From the NCBI GenBank assembly GCA_024682995.1, contig JAIKYR010000153.1, forward strand, positions 1 to 61,937: a stretch of 61,937 nt of DNA, given 5' to 3'. Made by a program: the position numbers and the translations under genes. Positions 43,807 to 52,399 of this stretch are shown piece after piece. The DNA is from Bacteroidales bacterium (GTDB lineage Bacteria > Bacteroidota > Bacteroidia > Bacteroidales > WCHB1-69). Each line of letters opens with the position of its first letter. The first letter of the stretch is position 1. The notes under the pieces were generated by a model. That model had not been told where the DNA came from. It was given only the letters and a program-made list of their open reading frames with translations, and made no database searches.

Positions 43807-45261
43807 ATGAAACAGAAAGACTTCGTCTTCAACATCTGTCTGCTTCTGTTTCTCAACCTGTTAGTAAAACCCTTCTGGCTCCTGGGCGTGGAAGTCGGGG
43901 TGCAGAACCAGGTGGGAGCGGCTGACTATGGCCTATACTTCGCCATTTTCAACTTCACCTACGTATTCTACATGCTGCTGGACATGGGCATCTGCAATTT
44001 CAACAATCGCACCATTGCCCGCAACAACCAACTATTAAACAGATACTTGTCATCCATAATAGTCTTGAGGCTGATTCTTTGCCTCATCTATTTTGTGGTG
44101 ATATACACGGTGGCGTTGATTATCGGCTACCGGGGCATACAACTGAAACTCCTGTTCTGGATTGGCTTCAACCAGTTCCTGAACGCCACGATGCTCTATC
44201 TGCGCTCCAACGTGTCGGCGCTGCTCATGTTCAAGACCGACAGTTTCCTCTCGGTGCTTGACCGGCTGTTAGCCATCCTCTTCTGCGGGATGCTGCTTTG
44301 GGGGCACCTCTCCGACAAGCCCTTCCGGATCGAGTGGTTCGTCTATTGCCAGACAGCGGCATACTTGTTAGCGATTGCCGTGGCTTTGTTTATCGTATTG
44401 AAAAAATCGAAACTGCGCAGGCTGGCTTGGAACAAAAAGCTCTCGTTGCTCATCCTGAAAAAGAGTCTGCCTTTTGCCCTGCTGACCCTGCTGATGGCCT
44501 TTTACAACCGTATCGATTCGGTGATGATCGAGCGGCTGCTGCCCGCGGACATCGCCACCACGCAGGCGGGCATATACGCTTCCGCATTCCGCTTGCTCGA
44601 TGCGCTGGTGATGATTGCCTACCTGTTCTCCGTCATCCTGCTGCCGCTGTTTTCCAAAATGATAAAAGAGAAAGAGGACGTCCAACCCATCGTACGCACG
44701 GCGTTCTCGTTCCTGTACGTCTTCGCCATCGGGGCAACGGTGGTGCTGGTCTGTTACCGCGAGCCCATCCTCGCATGGCTGTACAAGGACCACGTTGCGG
44801 CTTCGGCGAGTGTATTCGCCATCCTGATACCCTGCATTATCCCCATCGCCTTCACCTACGTGTTCGGCACGCTGCTAACCGCCAACGGAAGTCTTAAGAA
44901 ACTGAATATCACAGCTATGGCGGGCATTATTGTCAACATTCTGATTAACATACTCCTGATACCTCGATTCCAGGCACGTGGCGCAGCCGTGACGAGTCTC
45001 TGCACCCAGTCGGTTGTTTCGCTGTTGCAATTCTTCATCGCCATCCGAGAGCTGAAGGTACCCTTGCGCAGCCTGCCGTGGCTCTCCTGCCTGCTCTTCA
45101 CTGCCTTGATAATCCCCACCACCCTGCTCGCCAACCATTTCCTAAACTTGAAGGTCCTTCCTTCTTTAATCATTCTGGTCGCCGCGACCTTGATCTACGG
45201 GCTTGCCACACGTCTTATCGACATCCGGGGCCTCCGCGAGACCATTACACGAAAATCCTGA
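43807..45261 (+). CDS. Oligosaccharide/polysaccharide flippase (MOP/Wzx-like) family membrane protein
   Basis: 484 aa with about 12-14 hydrophobic helices and a Wzx-like organisation. There is no MurJ-type N-terminal motif. Confidence 0.65.
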   Translation: MKQKDFVFNICLLLFLNLLVKPFWLLGVEVGVQNQVGAADYGLYFAIFNFTYVFYMLLDMGICNFNNRTIARNNQLLNRYLSSIIVLRLILCLIYFVVIYTVALIIGYRGIQLKLLFWIGFNQFLNATMLYLRSNVSALLMFKTDSFLSVLDRLLAILFCGMLLWGHLSDKPFRIEWFVYCQTAAYLLAIAVALFIVLKKSKLRRLAWNKKLSLLILKKSLPFALLTLLMAFYNRIDSVMIERLLPADIATTQAGIYASAFRLLDALVMIAYLFSVILLPLFSKMIKEKEDVQPIVRTAFSFLYVFAIGATVVLVCYREPILAWLYKDHVAASASVFAILIPCIIPIAFTYVFGTLLTANGSLKKLNITAMAGIIVNILINILLIPRFQARGAAVTSLCTQSVVSLLQFFIAIRELKVPLRSLPWLSCLLFTALIIPTTLLANHFLNLKVLPSLIILVAATLIYGLATRLIDIRGLRETITRKS

Positions 45262-45266
45262 CCCTC

Positions 45267-46061
45267 ATGCGCTTGGACAAATATCTTACCGAAAAACAGT
45301 TTTTCCCTTCCCGGGAAAAAGCCCAGACCGCCATCCGGCATCAGACCGTGAAGGTGAACGGGGGCATCATCACGAAAGCATCCTATGATGTGGCCGAAAC
45401 AGACATGGTAGAAGTCATAGATATATTTAATAAATATGTAAGCATGGGCGGCCTGAAACTGGAAAAGGCCATTGAGGATTTCGGGCTTGACTTCCAAGGG
45501 AAAAGTGTGTTGGACATTGGGGCTTCAACGGGCGGGTTCACGGACTGTGCCCTGCAACACGGGGCTGCAGAAGTGGTGGCTGTGGATGTGGGCACAGACC
45601 AATTGGCCGACCAATTGCGCCGGGACAATCGGGTGATATCCTTGGAAAATCAGGATTTCCGCACGCTCACACCCAAAATGCTGCACTCCGGACCCTTCGA
45701 CTTCATTGTCTCCGATGTATCTTTCATCTCCCTCACCCTCATTCTGCCCTTCTGCGCCCAATATTTGAAGCCCGACGGCCTTATGATGCTGCTTATCAAA
45801 CCGCAATTCGAAGCCGGTCCCTCCTTTTTGAACAAAAGCGGCATTGTTACCGATGAAAAAGGGTATAAAATCGCCATCCAGAAAGTGGTTGGCGAGGCGC
45901 TCAACCAGCGATTCCATCTGCACAACATCGGCATTTCCACCCTGTTTGAGCAACATAAAAATGTGGAATTCCTCTCTTTATTCGGGAAAAACGACAACCG
46001 TTTCCGACTGGATTTGAACAAGCTCTGCCAAGAAGTGAAACTGGTTAAAAAAGAATTGTAA
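45267..46061 (+). CDS. tlyA: TlyA-family rRNA (cytidine-2'-O)-methyltransferase
   Basis: The ATG at 45267 gives MRLDKYLTEKQFFPSREKAQTAIRHQTVKVNG (S4 domain), then the FtsJ-type SAM motif VLDIGASTGGFTD. The ORF-track start at 45078 overlaps the flippase gene. Confidence 0.8.
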   Translation: MRLDKYLTEKQFFPSREKAQTAIRHQTVKVNGGIITKASYDVAETDMVEVIDIFNKYVSMGGLKLEKAIEDFGLDFQGKSVLDIGASTGGFTDCALQHGAAEVVAVDVGTDQLADQLRRDNRVISLENQDFRTLTPKMLHSGPFDFIVSDVSFISLTLILPFCAQYLKPDGLMMLLIKPQFEAGPSFLNKSGIVTDEKGYKIAIQKVVGEALNQRFHLHNIGISTLFEQHKNVEFLSLFGKNDNRFRLDLNKLCQEVKLVKKEL

Positions 46062-46078
46062 TATCCAATATCCCAATC

Positions 46079-46780
46079 ATGTACCAAAACATCTTCACCT
46101 TTTTAACCAAACTTGTGGCGAACAACAACCGCGAGTGGTTCCAGGGTCACCGTGCGGAATATGAGGCCGCTTGGGCGAGTTTCCACGAGATGGTGGACCA
46201 ACTCATCCGGGAAATCCAGAAGTTCGACCCGGCGGTCCGCTATCTCACGGCCAAGGACTGCATCTACCGTCTGTACCGCGACCTTCGCTTTTCGCCGGAC
46301 AAGACACCGTACAAGGGACATTTCGGGGCCTACATCAACGCTGACGGCAAGAAAGCCTACTACGGGGGCTACTATCTTCAGATTGAGCCGAAGCAGTTCA
46401 TGCTGGCCAGCGGCGTGTGGTGGCTGCCATCCAAAGAGATGCGCGCGTTGCGGCACGCCATCGCTGACCAGCTGGACACCTATCGTGACATCGTGGAGAA
46501 TCCTGCCTTCAAGAAGCTGTGTCCCACCATCGGGATGAACCATTTCAAACGCATCCCCAACGGGTTCCCGAAGGACTTCCCTTATCCGGAATATCTTTTA
46601 TGCAAAGACTACACCTGCTGCTGTACCCTGTCGCCCGAAGAGCTTTCCCGAAAGGATGCCATCGCACAAATGGCGAAGAAATTCCATATCATGCAGCCTT
46701 TCAATGAGTTCCTAAAAGAAAACATCCTCATCAACATCGAGGAGATGGAGAGCATGAAGGGGGTGGTGAAGTTTGTATGA
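46079..46780 (+). CDS. DUF2461 (TIGR02453) family protein
   Basis: 233 aa. L..NN.REWF..H...YE and YRLYRDLRFSPDKTPYKGHFGAYI motifs. Confidence 0.75.
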   Translation: MYQNIFTFLTKLVANNNREWFQGHRAEYEAAWASFHEMVDQLIREIQKFDPAVRYLTAKDCIYRLYRDLRFSPDKTPYKGHFGAYINADGKKAYYGGYYLQIEPKQFMLASGVWWLPSKEMRALRHAIADQLDTYRDIVENPAFKKLCPTIGMNHFKRIPNGFPKDFPYPEYLLCKDYTCCCTLSPEELSRKDAIAQMAKKFHIMQPFNEFLKENILINIEEMESMKGVVKFV

Positions 46781-46816
46781 TCCTGACAAGTGGTGAGTAA
46801 TAAATGATTATTTTCG

Positions 46817-46824
46817 TATTTTTG
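46817..46824 (+). promoter_or_regulatory. Candidate -7 promoter box
   Basis: TATTTTTG(CCATC), 17 nt upstream of ATG 46841. Confidence 0.4.
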
Positions 46825-46840
46825 CCATCTAAAAAAAATT

Positions 46841-47554
46841 ATGAGTATCAAGGCTATGGTTTTTGCGGCCGGACTGGGCACCCGGCTATACCCGCTGACA
46901 GCCAACCGGCCCAAAGCACTGGTGCGGATGAACGGCATCCCCCTGCTGCAGCATGTGCTGGACAAGATCATCGCATCCGGCATTGAAAACATCGTTGTCA
47001 ATGTACACCATTTCCCCGACCAGATCATAGATTTCATCAAAGGGCATCCTTTTCAGGCTGACATCCGGATCTCGGACGAGCGCGCTTACCTCCGCGACAC
47101 GGCCGGAGGGCTGAAATTCGCCGAACCCTTTCTGGACAATTGCGACGCCATCCTGCTCTACAACACGGACATCATCACCTCCCTGTCCATTCCGGACCTC
47201 ATCGCCCACCATGAAAAGAGCGAGGCCGATGTGACGTTAGCCGTCCGGAATCGCAAGACGCAGCGCTACTTTCTTTTCGACGAGGAGGACATGCGCCTGT
47301 GTGGGTGGCGCAACCATGCCAACGGGCAAGAGATCCTGCCACGGACTCCGAGCCGCCCCATGGAACTGGCCTTCAGTGGAATCCACGTCGTGAACCGCGA
47401 TTTCCTGAACCATATACCCACGGTGGAGATGCTCTCGCTCACCCCGTTGTACCTTCAACTTGTCAACAATTTGCACATAAATGGCTATCAACATGATTCT
47501 GACGAGTGGATGGACATCGGCAAATACAAAGAATATTCTAACATATTATCTTAA
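46841..47554 (+). CDS. Sugar-phosphate nucleotidyltransferase family protein (MurU/GlmU-N-like)
   Basis: 237 aa. N-terminal AMVFAAGLGTRLYPLTANRPKALV motif (GxGTRL). Confidence 0.7.
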   Translation: MSIKAMVFAAGLGTRLYPLTANRPKALVRMNGIPLLQHVLDKIIASGIENIVVNVHHFPDQIIDFIKGHPFQADIRISDERAYLRDTAGGLKFAEPFLDNCDAILLYNTDIITSLSIPDLIAHHEKSEADVTLAVRNRKTQRYFLFDEEDMRLCGWRNHANGQEILPRTPSRPMELAFSGIHVVNRDFLNHIPTVEMLSLTPLYLQLVNNLHINGYQHDSDEWMDIGKYKEYSNILS

Positions 47555-47579
47555 AAATAATTACATTAAAAAATAGCCA

Positions 47580-47588
47580 TTATCCAGA
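47580..47588 (+). promoter_or_regulatory. Single near-consensus DnaA box
   Basis: TTATCCAGA (one mismatch to TTATCCACA) in the AT-rich 183-nt spacer upstream of dnaA. I saw no further boxes. Confidence 0.25.
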
Positions 47589-47656
47589 CCATTGTTATAA
47601 ACAAAAATTTTTAAAAATCAAGTTCATAACCTATTTTTTTTAAACTTTTTTTTTGG

Positions 47657-47664
47657 CAATTTTG
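47657..47664 (+). promoter_or_regulatory. Imperfect -7 promoter box upstream of dnaA
   Basis: CAATTTTG(CAGCG): one mismatch to TAnnTTTG but the same extended TTTGCAGC context as other boxes. 74 nt upstream of ATG 47738. Confidence 0.3.
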
Positions 47665-47737
47665 CAGCGTAAAAAACTGCCCTTTTAAGGGTCGGTCAAC
47701 ACGCTGAAAAATAATCATATAATAAAAAAGAGAGATA

Positions 47738-49189
47738 ATGGTTGAGAAACTTACGAAAGATTTTCGTTCAGTATGGGGGAATTGTTTATCTACCATAAAA
47801 GACATTGTAGAAGAGGAAGCTTACGAGACCTGGTTTGTGCCCATTGTACCGGTTGCCTTGGAGGACAACACGCTCATCATACAGTTACCAAGCCATCTTT
47901 ACTATGAATCCCTGGAGGAACACTATGTCAACGTCCTGAAAAGTGTCATCAAAAAGGAGCTGGGGCCCAGCGGCAAGCTGAAATACAAGATTGTCATGGA
48001 ACAGCAGCCTGACCCTTCCCAATCGCGCACGATCACCCTGCCCTCCCATAATCGTCCCGCCGTCAGCAATCCCCCGACGCTGGCGCCCATCGACGTATAT
48101 AACACCTCCAACCGGGAGATTCCGGATCCTTTCATTCTGCCGGGCATACAGAAGCACAAGATACCTTCCAATCTGGTGGACACGCTGACCTTTGACAACT
48201 ATGTGGAGGGCGACTGCAACCGGCTGGCCCGTTCGGCGGGCTGGGCCATCAGCAAGAACCCGGGGAAGACCTCCTTCAACCCGTTGTTCATCTACTCGGA
48301 TGTGGGTTTGGGCAAAACGCACTTAGTCAACGCCATCGGTGTGCAGACCAAGATCAACTTCCCAGACAAGACCGTCGTTTATGTCAGCTCCGACACCTTC
48401 TACCAGCAGTATATTGAGGCCATCAAGACCAAGAACCTCAACGATTTCCTCTGGTTTTATCAGGCGGTGGACATGCTCATCATCGACGACATCCAGTTCA
48501 TTGCCGGCGGGAAAGGCAAGACACAGGAGGCTTTCTTCCATATTTTCAACTCCCTCCACCAGAACAACAAGCAGATCATCATCACGGCGGACAAGTCGCC
48601 GGTGGAGATTTCAGGCTTCGAGCCCCGCTTGCTGAACCGTTTCAAATGGGGTCTTACCGCCGACCTGCAGGTGCCGGATCTGGAGACGAGGATTGCCATC
48701 ATCAACAAAAAGCTGGAGAACAACGGCATCACCTTCCCGAAAGAGGTGGTGGACTACCTTGCGCTGCGCATCACCTCGAACACCCGCGAGATGGAAGGGG
48801 CCATGATTGCCATCTTGGCGCAGGCATCCCTCAACCACCGCGCCATCACTGTGGAGTTGGCCAAGGAAATGGTGGATAAATACGTGAAAACTAACGCGAA
48901 AGAGATTTCCATCGAGTACATCCAGAAGATCATTTGCGACTACTTTAAGATTTCCACGGAGGCCATCAACGCCCGCACGCGCAAGCGCGAGATTGTGCAG
49001 GCGCGCCAGCTGAGCATGTACTTCGCCAAGAAATACACGAAACTGCCTCTCTCGCTCATTGGAGCCTACTGCGGCAACAAGGACCACGCCACCGTGCTGC
49101 ATGCCTGCCGAACCATCAACAACCTCTATGAGACGGAGAAGAAAATGAAGATGTACGTGGACGACATTGACAAGAAAATGAAAATTTGA
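47738..49189 (+). CDS. dnaA: Chromosomal replication initiator protein DnaA
   Basis: 483 aa. NPLFIYSDVGLGKTHL (Walker A), LIIDDIQF (Walker B), and the C-terminal DNA-binding helix region ARQLSMYFAKKYT...DHATVLHA. Confidence 0.95.
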   Translation: MVEKLTKDFRSVWGNCLSTIKDIVEEEAYETWFVPIVPVALEDNTLIIQLPSHLYYESLEEHYVNVLKSVIKKELGPSGKLKYKIVMEQQPDPSQSRTITLPSHNRPAVSNPPTLAPIDVYNTSNREIPDPFILPGIQKHKIPSNLVDTLTFDNYVEGDCNRLARSAGWAISKNPGKTSFNPLFIYSDVGLGKTHLVNAIGVQTKINFPDKTVVYVSSDTFYQQYIEAIKTKNLNDFLWFYQAVDMLIIDDIQFIAGGKGKTQEAFFHIFNSLHQNNKQIIITADKSPVEISGFEPRLLNRFKWGLTADLQVPDLETRIAIINKKLENNGITFPKEVVDYLALRITSNTREMEGAMIAILAQASLNHRAITVELAKEMVDKYVKTNAKEISIEYIQKIICDYFKISTEAINARTRKREIVQARQLSMYFAKKYTKLPLSLIGAYCGNKDHATVLHACRTINNLYETEKKMKMYVDDIDKKMKI

Positions 49190-49229
49190 TTTTTTTAAAA
49201 ACCGTATTGCATTTGTATATATTATTGCT

Positions 49230-49237
49230 TATCTTTG
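49230..49237 (+). promoter_or_regulatory. Candidate -7 promoter box for recJ
   Basis: TATCTTTG(CGGTCC), 26 nt upstream of ATG 49263. Confidence 0.5.
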
Positions 49238-49262
49238 CGGTCCTTAAAATTCTATCTATAAA

Positions 49263-51035
49263 ATGAAGAAAAGGTGGATATGTCAGCAATTACCCGACCC
49301 GGCGGTTGTCGAGCAGTTTGCATCAAAGCTCTCGATTGAAAAACCGCTGGCTTCCCTTTTACTTCAGCGGGGCATCAACACACCGGAGGCTGCCAACGCC
49401 TTCTTCAACCCCGACATCAACATGCTGCACGACCCCTTCCTGATGAAAGACATGGACAAGGCCGTGAAGCGGCTATCCAAGGCCATCATCAACAACGAGA
49501 AAATCCTCGTGTACGGCGACTATGACGTGGACGGCACATCCGCCGTGGCCCTGCTCTACTCTTTCCTTTGCGAGATTATCGGGACCAACTACAAGCAGCT
49601 GGTCGAATTCTATATCCCCGACCGCTATCTGGAAGGCTACGGCATCTCGGACCAGGGCATCGAGTACTGCAAGGAGAACAATATCAACCTGCTGATCTCG
49701 TTGGACTGTGGCATTAAGGCGAACGACAAGGTGGCACAGGCTGCGGAGTACGGCATCGATGTCATCATCTGCGACCATCATCTGGAGGGCGATGAGCTGC
49801 CTCCTGCTGTCGCCATTCTGGATCCCAAGCGCAAGGATTGTCCCTACCCGTACAAGGAACTTTCCGGCTGCGGCGTCGGCTTCAAGCTCATCCAAGGCTA
49901 CTGCCAGCACTACAAGCTGCCCGACCAGCTGTGGCTCTCGCGCATGGACCTGGTGGCCATCAGCATCGCCTCCGACATTGTAGCCATCACCGGCGAGAAC
50001 CGTATCCTCGCCCATTTCGGGCTGGAAATCATCAACAAGTTCCCGCGCGTCGGCATCAAGTCCATTCTGGACCAGGCCGGCATCAAACTCCATTTCCCAT
50101 TCAAAGAGGAGACCATCTTCTCGCGCGTCATCTCCATTTCCGACCTGGTCTTCTACGTGGGCCCGCGCATCAACGCCGCCGGGCGCATGAAGAGCGGGCG
50201 CGAATCGGTACGTCTCTTTATCAGTGAGGATGAGGACAAGTCCGCTGACATCGGCAAGCGCATCAACACGCAGAATGAGCAGCGCAAAGAGCTGGACCGT
50301 AACGCCACGGAAGAGGCCATCCACATGATACGTGATTCGCACGAATACATAAACCGCAAGAGCATCGTGGTCTATAACCCGACCTGGTTCAAGGGCATCA
50401 TCGGAATCGTGGCCTCCCGTCTCGTGGAGGAGTTCTACAAACCCACCATCGTGCTCACCAAATCCTCCGACGGCCTGATCACGGGTTCCGCCCGTTCCGT
50501 CAAGGAGTTCAACATCTACGATGGCATCGACTACTGTTCGGACCTGCTGGAGCACTTCGGCGGCCACAAATTCGCTGCTGGTCTCTCCATGAAAGAGGAG
50601 AATCTGGAGGAGTTCATTGAGAAATTCGAGCAATATGTCCACGACAACCTGGAGGAGCGCTCCATCATCCCGGAGATTTCCGTGGACATGCCGCTGGACC
50701 TCTCCGACATCACCCACAGCTTCCTCAACAACCTGAAACGGTTCGCTCCGTTCGGGCCGGGCAATATGGAACCCATCTTCCAGTCGCGCGGCGTGGTAGA
50801 TGAAGGCGTGGGGCGTATCGTGGGCGACAAGCATCTCAAATGCCGCGTCCTCTATCCCGACAGGCCCGTGCAGCCCATTGATGCCATTGCCTTCAACATG
50901 AAGGACAAACTCTCCATCATCCAGAACAACAAGCCTTTCGACCTGCTGTACCATGTGGAGGAGAACGTGTGGAACAACACTGTGAACATCCAGTTGAATG
51001 TGAAGGACATACGTCCCTGCGGCACCGCCGAATAA
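49263..51035 (+). CDS. recJ: Single-stranded-DNA-specific exonuclease RecJ
   Basis: 590 aa. DHH motifs (VYGDYDVDGTSA, DCG, ICDHH) and DHHA1 (GGHKFAAG). Confidence 0.9.
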   Translation: MKKRWICQQLPDPAVVEQFASKLSIEKPLASLLLQRGINTPEAANAFFNPDINMLHDPFLMKDMDKAVKRLSKAIINNEKILVYGDYDVDGTSAVALLYSFLCEIIGTNYKQLVEFYIPDRYLEGYGISDQGIEYCKENNINLLISLDCGIKANDKVAQAAEYGIDVIICDHHLEGDELPPAVAILDPKRKDCPYPYKELSGCGVGFKLIQGYCQHYKLPDQLWLSRMDLVAISIASDIVAITGENRILAHFGLEIINKFPRVGIKSILDQAGIKLHFPFKEETIFSRVISISDLVFYVGPRINAAGRMKSGRESVRLFISEDEDKSADIGKRINTQNEQRKELDRNATEEAIHMIRDSHEYINRKSIVVYNPTWFKGIIGIVASRLVEEFYKPTIVLTKSSDGLITGSARSVKEFNIYDGIDYCSDLLEHFGGHKFAAGLSMKEENLEEFIEKFEQYVHDNLEERSIIPEISVDMPLDLSDITHSFLNNLKRFAPFGPGNMEPIFQSRGVVDEGVGRIVGDKHLKCRVLYPDRPVQPIDAIAFNMKDKLSIIQNNKPFDLLYHVEENVWNNTVNIQLNVKDIRPCGTAE

Positions 51036-51047
51036 CCCATTCCCGAC

Positions 51048-52187
51048 ATGAAGATTGCGGTCAACACGCGCCTTTTGTTAAAAGACCGGCTGGAAGGCAT
51101 CGGTTGGTTCTCGCATGAGAGTCTCCGCCGCATCGTATGCCAGCATCCCGAGCATCAGTTCTACTTCCTCTTTGACCGCCCATTTGATGAATCCTTCGTC
51201 TATAACTCCAACGTCACGCCTGTCGTGGCCCATCCACCCGCACGCCATCCCTACCTATGGTATCTCTTTTTCGAGATGGGTCTCCCCTACCAGCTCCGGA
51301 AAATCAAGCCTGATCTTTTCCTTTCCACTGACGGCTGGATACCATTGCATCTCAATCCCGACATCAAAGTGGTGGATGTCATACACGATTTGAACTTCGA
51401 ACATCATCCTGAATTTATCAAACCCACTGTATTACGATATTACCGTCGTTTCTTCCATCGCTTCGCCCAAACGGCCGACCGCATTGCCACCGTCTCGGAA
51501 TATACTCGGCAGGACATCCACCAATTGTACCACGTGCCACTGGAGAACATCGATGTGGTCTATAACGGCTGTAACGAGCTTTTCCACCCTCTTTCCGAGG
51601 ACGAGAAAACGCAGGTACGGGAAGCATACGCCCATGGGTGCGACTTTTTCCTGTTCGTGGGGCTCATCCACAAGCGCAAAAACCTCGACACCATCTTCCG
51701 CGCATTCGACCTTTTCAAGGAGCGGACGGACAATAACATGAAGCTATTGGTGGTGGGCGACAAGAAATGGTGGCAAGGCGATATTGAAGACAGTTACAAT
51801 GCCATGCGCCACCGGGAGGACGTCATCATGCTCGGGCGGCAGTCCATGCCTGTTCTGACGCAACTGACCGGTGCCGCCCGAGCATTGGTCTATGCGTCCC
51901 TTTTCGAAGGATTTGGCATTCCCATTTTAGAGGCCTTCCATGCCGAGACGGCGGTCCTCACCTCCAACGTCACTTCCATGCCCGAGGTGGCCGGCGATGC
52001 CGCATTACTGGTGGATCCTCATCGGGAGGAAGACATTGCCGAGGCCATGCACACCCTCTGGCAGGACAACGAGCTCCGTAACCAGCTGATTGACAAAGGA
52101 CGCACGCGCCGCGAGTGCTTCAGCTGGCAGCAAACCGCCGACAAACTCTGGCAAACCATCGAAACACTATCGACCGTTAGATCGTAG
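51048..52187 (+). CDS. Glycosyltransferase family 4 (GT-B, group 1)
   Basis: 379 aa. C-terminal EGFGIPILEAFHAETAVLTSNVTSMPEVAGDAALLVDP (E-x7-E region). Confidence 0.75.
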   Translation: MKIAVNTRLLLKDRLEGIGWFSHESLRRIVCQHPEHQFYFLFDRPFDESFVYNSNVTPVVAHPPARHPYLWYLFFEMGLPYQLRKIKPDLFLSTDGWIPLHLNPDIKVVDVIHDLNFEHHPEFIKPTVLRYYRRFFHRFAQTADRIATVSEYTRQDIHQLYHVPLENIDVVYNGCNELFHPLSEDEKTQVREAYAHGCDFFLFVGLIHKRKNLDTIFRAFDLFKERTDNNMKLLVVGDKKWWQGDIEDSYNAMRHREDVIMLGRQSMPVLTQLTGAARALVYASLFEGFGIPILEAFHAETAVLTSNVTSMPEVAGDAALLVDPHREEDIAEAMHTLWQDNELRNQLIDKGRTRRECFSWQQTADKLWQTIETLSTVRS

Positions 52188-52257
52188 CCGTTGGTAATTG
52201 GCAATTAACAATTAACAATTAACAATTAATAATTAATAATTAATAGTGAATAGAGAG
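52188..52257 (+). repeat. Heptad array directly after the glycosyltransferase stop codon
   Basis: TAG | CCGTTGG TAATTGG CAATTAA CAATTAA CAATTAA CAATTAA TAATTAA TAATTAA TAGTGAA TAGAGAG. Confidence 0.85.
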
Positions 52258-52320
52258 TTTGGACTATGAAATTTGACTATGAGTTTTCTTAATTTCTTAG
52301 TTTCCTTAATTTCTTAGTCT
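52258..52320 (+). repeat. Two short tandem duplications following the heptad array
   Basis: TTGGACTATGAAAT / TTGACTATGAGTTT, then (T)TCTTAATTTCTTAGT / TTCCTTAATTTCTTAGT, followed by CTCCCCACTTCAAC. Confidence 0.7.
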
Positions 52321-52330
52321 CCCCACTTCA

Positions 52331-52371
52331 ACAACAAAAAAGGAGCCGACACCTTCCGGTATCGGCTCCTT
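52331..52371 (-). terminator. Rho-independent terminator of the right-hand giant gene
   Basis: 10-bp stem AAGGAGCCGA (52340-52349) pairs with TCGGCTCCTT (52362-52371). On the minus strand it is followed by TTTTTGTTGT. It lies 29 nt after the stop at 52400. Confidence 0.7.
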
Positions 52372-52399
52372 GGCTTTTATAATCGTTTTAAACGTCTGA

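Noticed and set aside
45078-45266. 63-codon N-terminal extension of tlyA that overlaps the flippase gene.
   Set aside because: The S4 domain starts at MRLDKYL (ATG 45267), 5 nt after the flippase stop. The extension is Pro/His-rich with no homology pattern.
47555-47737. oriC next to dnaA.
   Set aside because: There is only one near-consensus DnaA box and no box cluster. I reported it as a low-interest note rather than as a feature.
49473-50954. 493-aa minus-strand ORF.
   Set aside because: It is a shadow ORF antisense to recJ, which has complete DHH/DHHA1 motifs.
52188-52257. The heptad arrays as CRISPR, as a phase-variation microsatellite, or as transposon ends.
   Set aside because: The units are 7 nt with no spacers. 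The arrays lie after stop codons, not in coding regions or promoter spacers, so slippage would not switch a gene. No inverted terminal repeats or target-site duplications were seen. I kept them as an unexplained spacer element instead.
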